From the NCBI RefSeq assembly GCF_009914755.1, contig NC_060932.1: 64,000 nucleotides of DNA. The stretch is one strand, 5' to 3'. This document shows positions 60,183 to 64,000 of the stretch, piece by piece. Within the stretch, counting starts at the first letter, position 1. Each line of letters begins with the position of its first letter. The notes under the pieces were generated by a model. The model was not told the origin of the DNA. It did no database searches and worked only from the letters and a program-made list of their open reading frames with translations. The DNA is from the human T2T-CHM13v2.0 reference genome, Homo sapiens. The position numbers were made by a program, and so were the translations under genes.

Positions 60183-62029
60183 CTTATAGCATAAGTTCTT
60201 ACAAGAAAAAAGACAATTTTCTTAAGTTGAAAAAACAATCTAGATACATTAAAAATATTCCAGTGTTGAAGCTATCAAGCCTACTTTTTAGAGGCAAAAG
60301 ATAGCTAATCCTGTTTTTCCTTGTAAAAAAAATTTTTAAAAAGATATTATATAGAAGTATATTATTTACTGACTCAACTATTAACTAAAAAGCCTTTTCA
60401 CCCTATGCAGATGATAAGATGAAGGTTATCTTTAAAATTCATTTTCTAAAAAAAAAAAGTCTTTCCTGTTTCTTGCTTATTGTTTTTATAATTTTAGTTG
60501 TATTTCTACACATGTCATTCTCTGTATGGCATGGCCTTGATTGAAGTTTGGTGTCTTTTCCCTTTTCATTCAGTCCTTTTCATATTTTTACATTAATGTA
60601 ATTATTTTTGCTTTGGTTTTCTGGTTTATTAACACCTTCTCTGTCTGAATTATTAAATCCATGTTGTAAATTTTTTTTTACCTTAAAAGTAGCTCATTTT
60701 CTTAGGTTTTTTTTTTTTTAACACACATTTATTAAGCTTGAGGTATGTGTTTAATAATATCTTTAAAAAAATTATTTCACTTTTCTGCCAAGTCTCAAAG
60801 CTGCTTTCCTGATTTAACATTGTAGATCCCTGTAATAATTTTTTACAAATCACTATTACCAGATCTTAAACTTGAGGAAAAAATTTTGTGGTTATTATTC
60901 ACTAGCGTTGTGATAAATATTTCAAATTAATTTTTAAATATATATTATAATTATCATATTTTAAATGCATCATGATTTTAATGTGCTCAATAACTTTTGT
61001 AAAGCACTAGGATATATTTTTTCTTATATTATTTAAAATATTCGAGTCCTGAAAAATATGAAATGCTTGGATACATTTCCTCTATTATGTTTCGATGCTT
61101 TTCTCCGTAGTTAACCTCTCGTGTCTACAACAACCTGTATCTCAAAGTACATGCACATGTTATGCAAACAACTAAAACCAAGGCAAAAAAAAGTACATTC
61201 TATTAAGCAAAATTGGATTGGAAGCACATCCGTAAAGAGAAGAATTCAGGATAGAATAGTGATATTTCAAAAGAAAACTTGGTTTCTCACAGATTCCTCA
61301 TGGTATATATTCAGATGTTGTTACATAAGAGAACATTCCTTCCAAATTATTTAGTTTCTGGTGTTTTGAGAGAAGAGTAGCCTTCGACATGTCTTAAACT
61401 TCCCTTGCATTCATTACTTTTTAAATGTATGCATTTTAATATGGAGACTCTCCCACAAAAATAGTGGAAAAGGACTGGTGTTTTACAGTGGAAATACTAA
61501 ATGCTGTTGAGATAAGGAAAATCAACTTTTTGAAAGAAAAAAAGATGAAATGATAGCCATCTGATGGTTAAAAAGTGGTAACGTGAGATATTCTATATTT
61601 GTGTTTTACATCAATTCTATTATGTCTGATTTACCCTTGAATCAATGTAGTGGCTTAATGATGATGACATCATCAACATATGAAGATGACAAAAAAAATT
61701 AAGCTACCGAACTACCCAAATGTTTTTAGGGAATCTTTCTACTTCTTCCCCGCAGCCAAGAAGCAATTATACTGACATTTAGTTCTTTCATTTCCAGCAG
61801 GAAGCTTACCTACTCTTTTTTCGGAGATGATTAAAACCTCATGCCACTTAGCAATAAAGAGACCACCATTACTGGTGGGATTCATAGTGGAAAGCATTAA
61901 GCATTTTGGCAGTGAGTCCTAAAGCCTTTACCATAGCAGGATTGATATAGGAATAAGTGGAGATTGAGGGCACAGGGGATCCACCAGCTATCCCTTCTGC
62001 AGGTCTGTATGATTGCACTTAGCAGATTT

Positions 62030-62300
62030 CCCATGCTTACTATTACACAGAGAGATTTACTACATAGAATTCCTAACTGGACTCCTACCTTTCAGGTTTC
62101 TCCCTGCCTTTCCAATCCATTATCCACACTGCCATCTTAACAGTATTTCTAAAACATAAAATTCATTGGTTCTCTCCTTTAAAAATCTTTGGAGATTTCC
62201 TATTGCCTTCTTCATGTGGTCCAAACTCCTTATTATGGCACATGTGGGTCTTTCAGGGTTTCTAACCTATATTCCTAGAACCTCCTGTTTTCTGTGTCCT
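62030..62300 (+). mobile_element. L2 fragment
   Basis: 'ccaatccattatccacactgcc...ttctaaaacataaa...tccaaactcctt'. Confidence 0.7.
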
Positions 62301-62384
62301 TTTCCCAAAGAGCTGACATTAGGAATGCCTGTCCATTGGATTGTTGCAAGGGTTCGATGATAAAATATATAGAAATATTTCATA

Positions 62385-62620
62385 ATAGCTAGCATTTATT
62401 GACCCTTTATCATCTTACCAGGTGCCAAAGACTGGGCAGGGAATTTATACATATTCTCTCATTTAATCTTCATACAACCCCAAGAGATGTAAATGCTTTT
62501 ATAAACTCCATTTTATAAATGAAGAAACAGATTTTGAGAGGTCAGGCAACTTTCCCAAGGTCACACCTATAGATAGAAATGGAGTTGAATTTTATCTCTC
62601 CAACTCCAAAATTGATGCTT
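62385..62620 (-). mobile_element. MIR
   Basis: 'atagctagcatttattga...catttaatcttcatacaaccc...tttcccaaggtcacac'. Confidence 0.85.
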
Positions 62621-63394
62621 TTATAGATTTTACTGTTGCTTGGCACATTTCCTAGTGTACAATTCCATTTGATTAAATATTCATTTTTTAAAAACCATTA
62701 CTATAAAACTTACAGTATCTAAAAAATATTTTGGTTTGCTTTCCTTGCCCTCCAAGGTTAGCTGATACCTCACTTCTTGGACTCTTTCTAGATGTCCCAT
62801 CCCCTCTCTGCTATCCTCTTCCATCTTCACACGCATCATACTTCAAGTGTAATGGTTGACCTGTATATCTAATGCCTCTGATCTGTTGGCACTTCACGTA
62901 TGCAGCACTGTGTCTCCATTGTCTTCGTACCCTCAGGGATTAGCATCTTGATGTTCAGCATTCAATATCTGTTGAACAACTGAAGGGATAAAACAGACTC
63001 CAAGGATAATTTTAAAGTATGTGGGCTCTCTCTTTTCTCACAACTGCTGCATTTCTGCTTCCATTTAATGTTTAACTGCACTAACACTTCAACTAACACT
63101 CAGCTAGATTATGAAAGAGCAAAGACAGACTTCAGAGCGTAACAGAGTAAGAGAGAATGAAGAAAAGACAAAATCACCCTCTTTTACTTCATTCCTCTCC
63201 CCCACCCTCCAAACTTGAGAGATTGTCTTGCCAGATGAGGAAGAGACAAAGTTGAAGGAGAGAAAAGGTGTGCTTAGATAGTAAAATAACATTTAAATTT
63301 TTTTAAAGATTAGTTATACCTTGTGTTAAGTCTGCTATTCAAGTCTGTTTTTTTTTTTCCTCATGGTCCTTTTTAACAATATTTTGCAAACACA

Positions 63395-63590
63395 GGAAAA
63401 CCTACATTCATGGCATTTCTGAGAGGTTGGCAAATGAGGAAACACTCCCAAATTCTCTCCTGAGAACTTACAGGAGATCAACTGATGAGCACATGGTCAC
63501 CAAGTGAGTCAGTGTAAGTTCTATGAATAGGGCTTGGATCTTCTGACTACTCGTCTAGGGTCCTAGTCATCTAGCTACTGCCATGTTCCC
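63395..63590 (-). mobile_element. MIR fragments
   Basis: 'gcaaatgaggaaacact', 'catggtcaccaagtgagtcagtg...cttctgact'. Confidence 0.5.
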
Positions 63591-64000
63591 TGAAGAATTT
63601 GGTAAAAATAGCAGATGGCATAACTGACAAAGTAAATCATTGTCATTGCCACTGTCCATGTTCTATTTTTCCATGTTCAGTAGCATAATTTAAAAACTCA
63701 TTAATGCATGTATGCTATTGGTTATTATGTAATAATATGTAAAAAACACCAGTACAGAAATACTTCTATAATTTACATTATACCTTTAAATACAGAGAAC
63801 CCACATAATATCACCACAAAGGCATTTCATAAATTATAGAATAAAACACATAAATATTCATTCTGCATTATTATTCTGCTAAGGAAGAGCGCAAACATTA
63901 TTTTTAACAAACTGCTCTTTAAAAAAACTTGTGTGGTAGGATTCTCCATCTGTGAGTGAGATTCAACAACTATAAGGTCCAAAGCAGATTTGGTACTCTG

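Noticed and set aside
61121-61354. 77-aa ORF in unique sequence
   Set aside because: Non-ATG start, no recognisable homology, length within chance

Overview
This is primate (human-like) genomic DNA: AT-rich, CpG-poor and repeat-dense, consistent with an intron or intergenic region. It contains about two dozen Alu elements or fragments, primate L1PA 3' ends, ancient L1M/L2/MIR relics, MaLR/ERVL/ERV1 LTRs, DNA-transposon MITEs and microsatellites. I could not recognise any intact protein-coding gene; the ORF track is explained by Alu, L1 and L2 remnants and chance ORFs. The best-supported non-repeat feature is a 5'-truncated RPL7L1 processed pseudogene on the minus strand (23424-25019), made of the last ~31 codons, an Alu-containing 3'UTR, AATAAA, poly(A) and a TSD. 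It sits inside an ERV1-type solo LTR that was also hit by an L1PA insertion. Other points of interest are several nested TE insertions, three CTCF-like motifs and a few speculative splice-competent exons. I found no convincing evidence for a novel biological system. Repeat subfamily names come from recalled consensus sequences and need RepeatMasker/Dfam confirmation.
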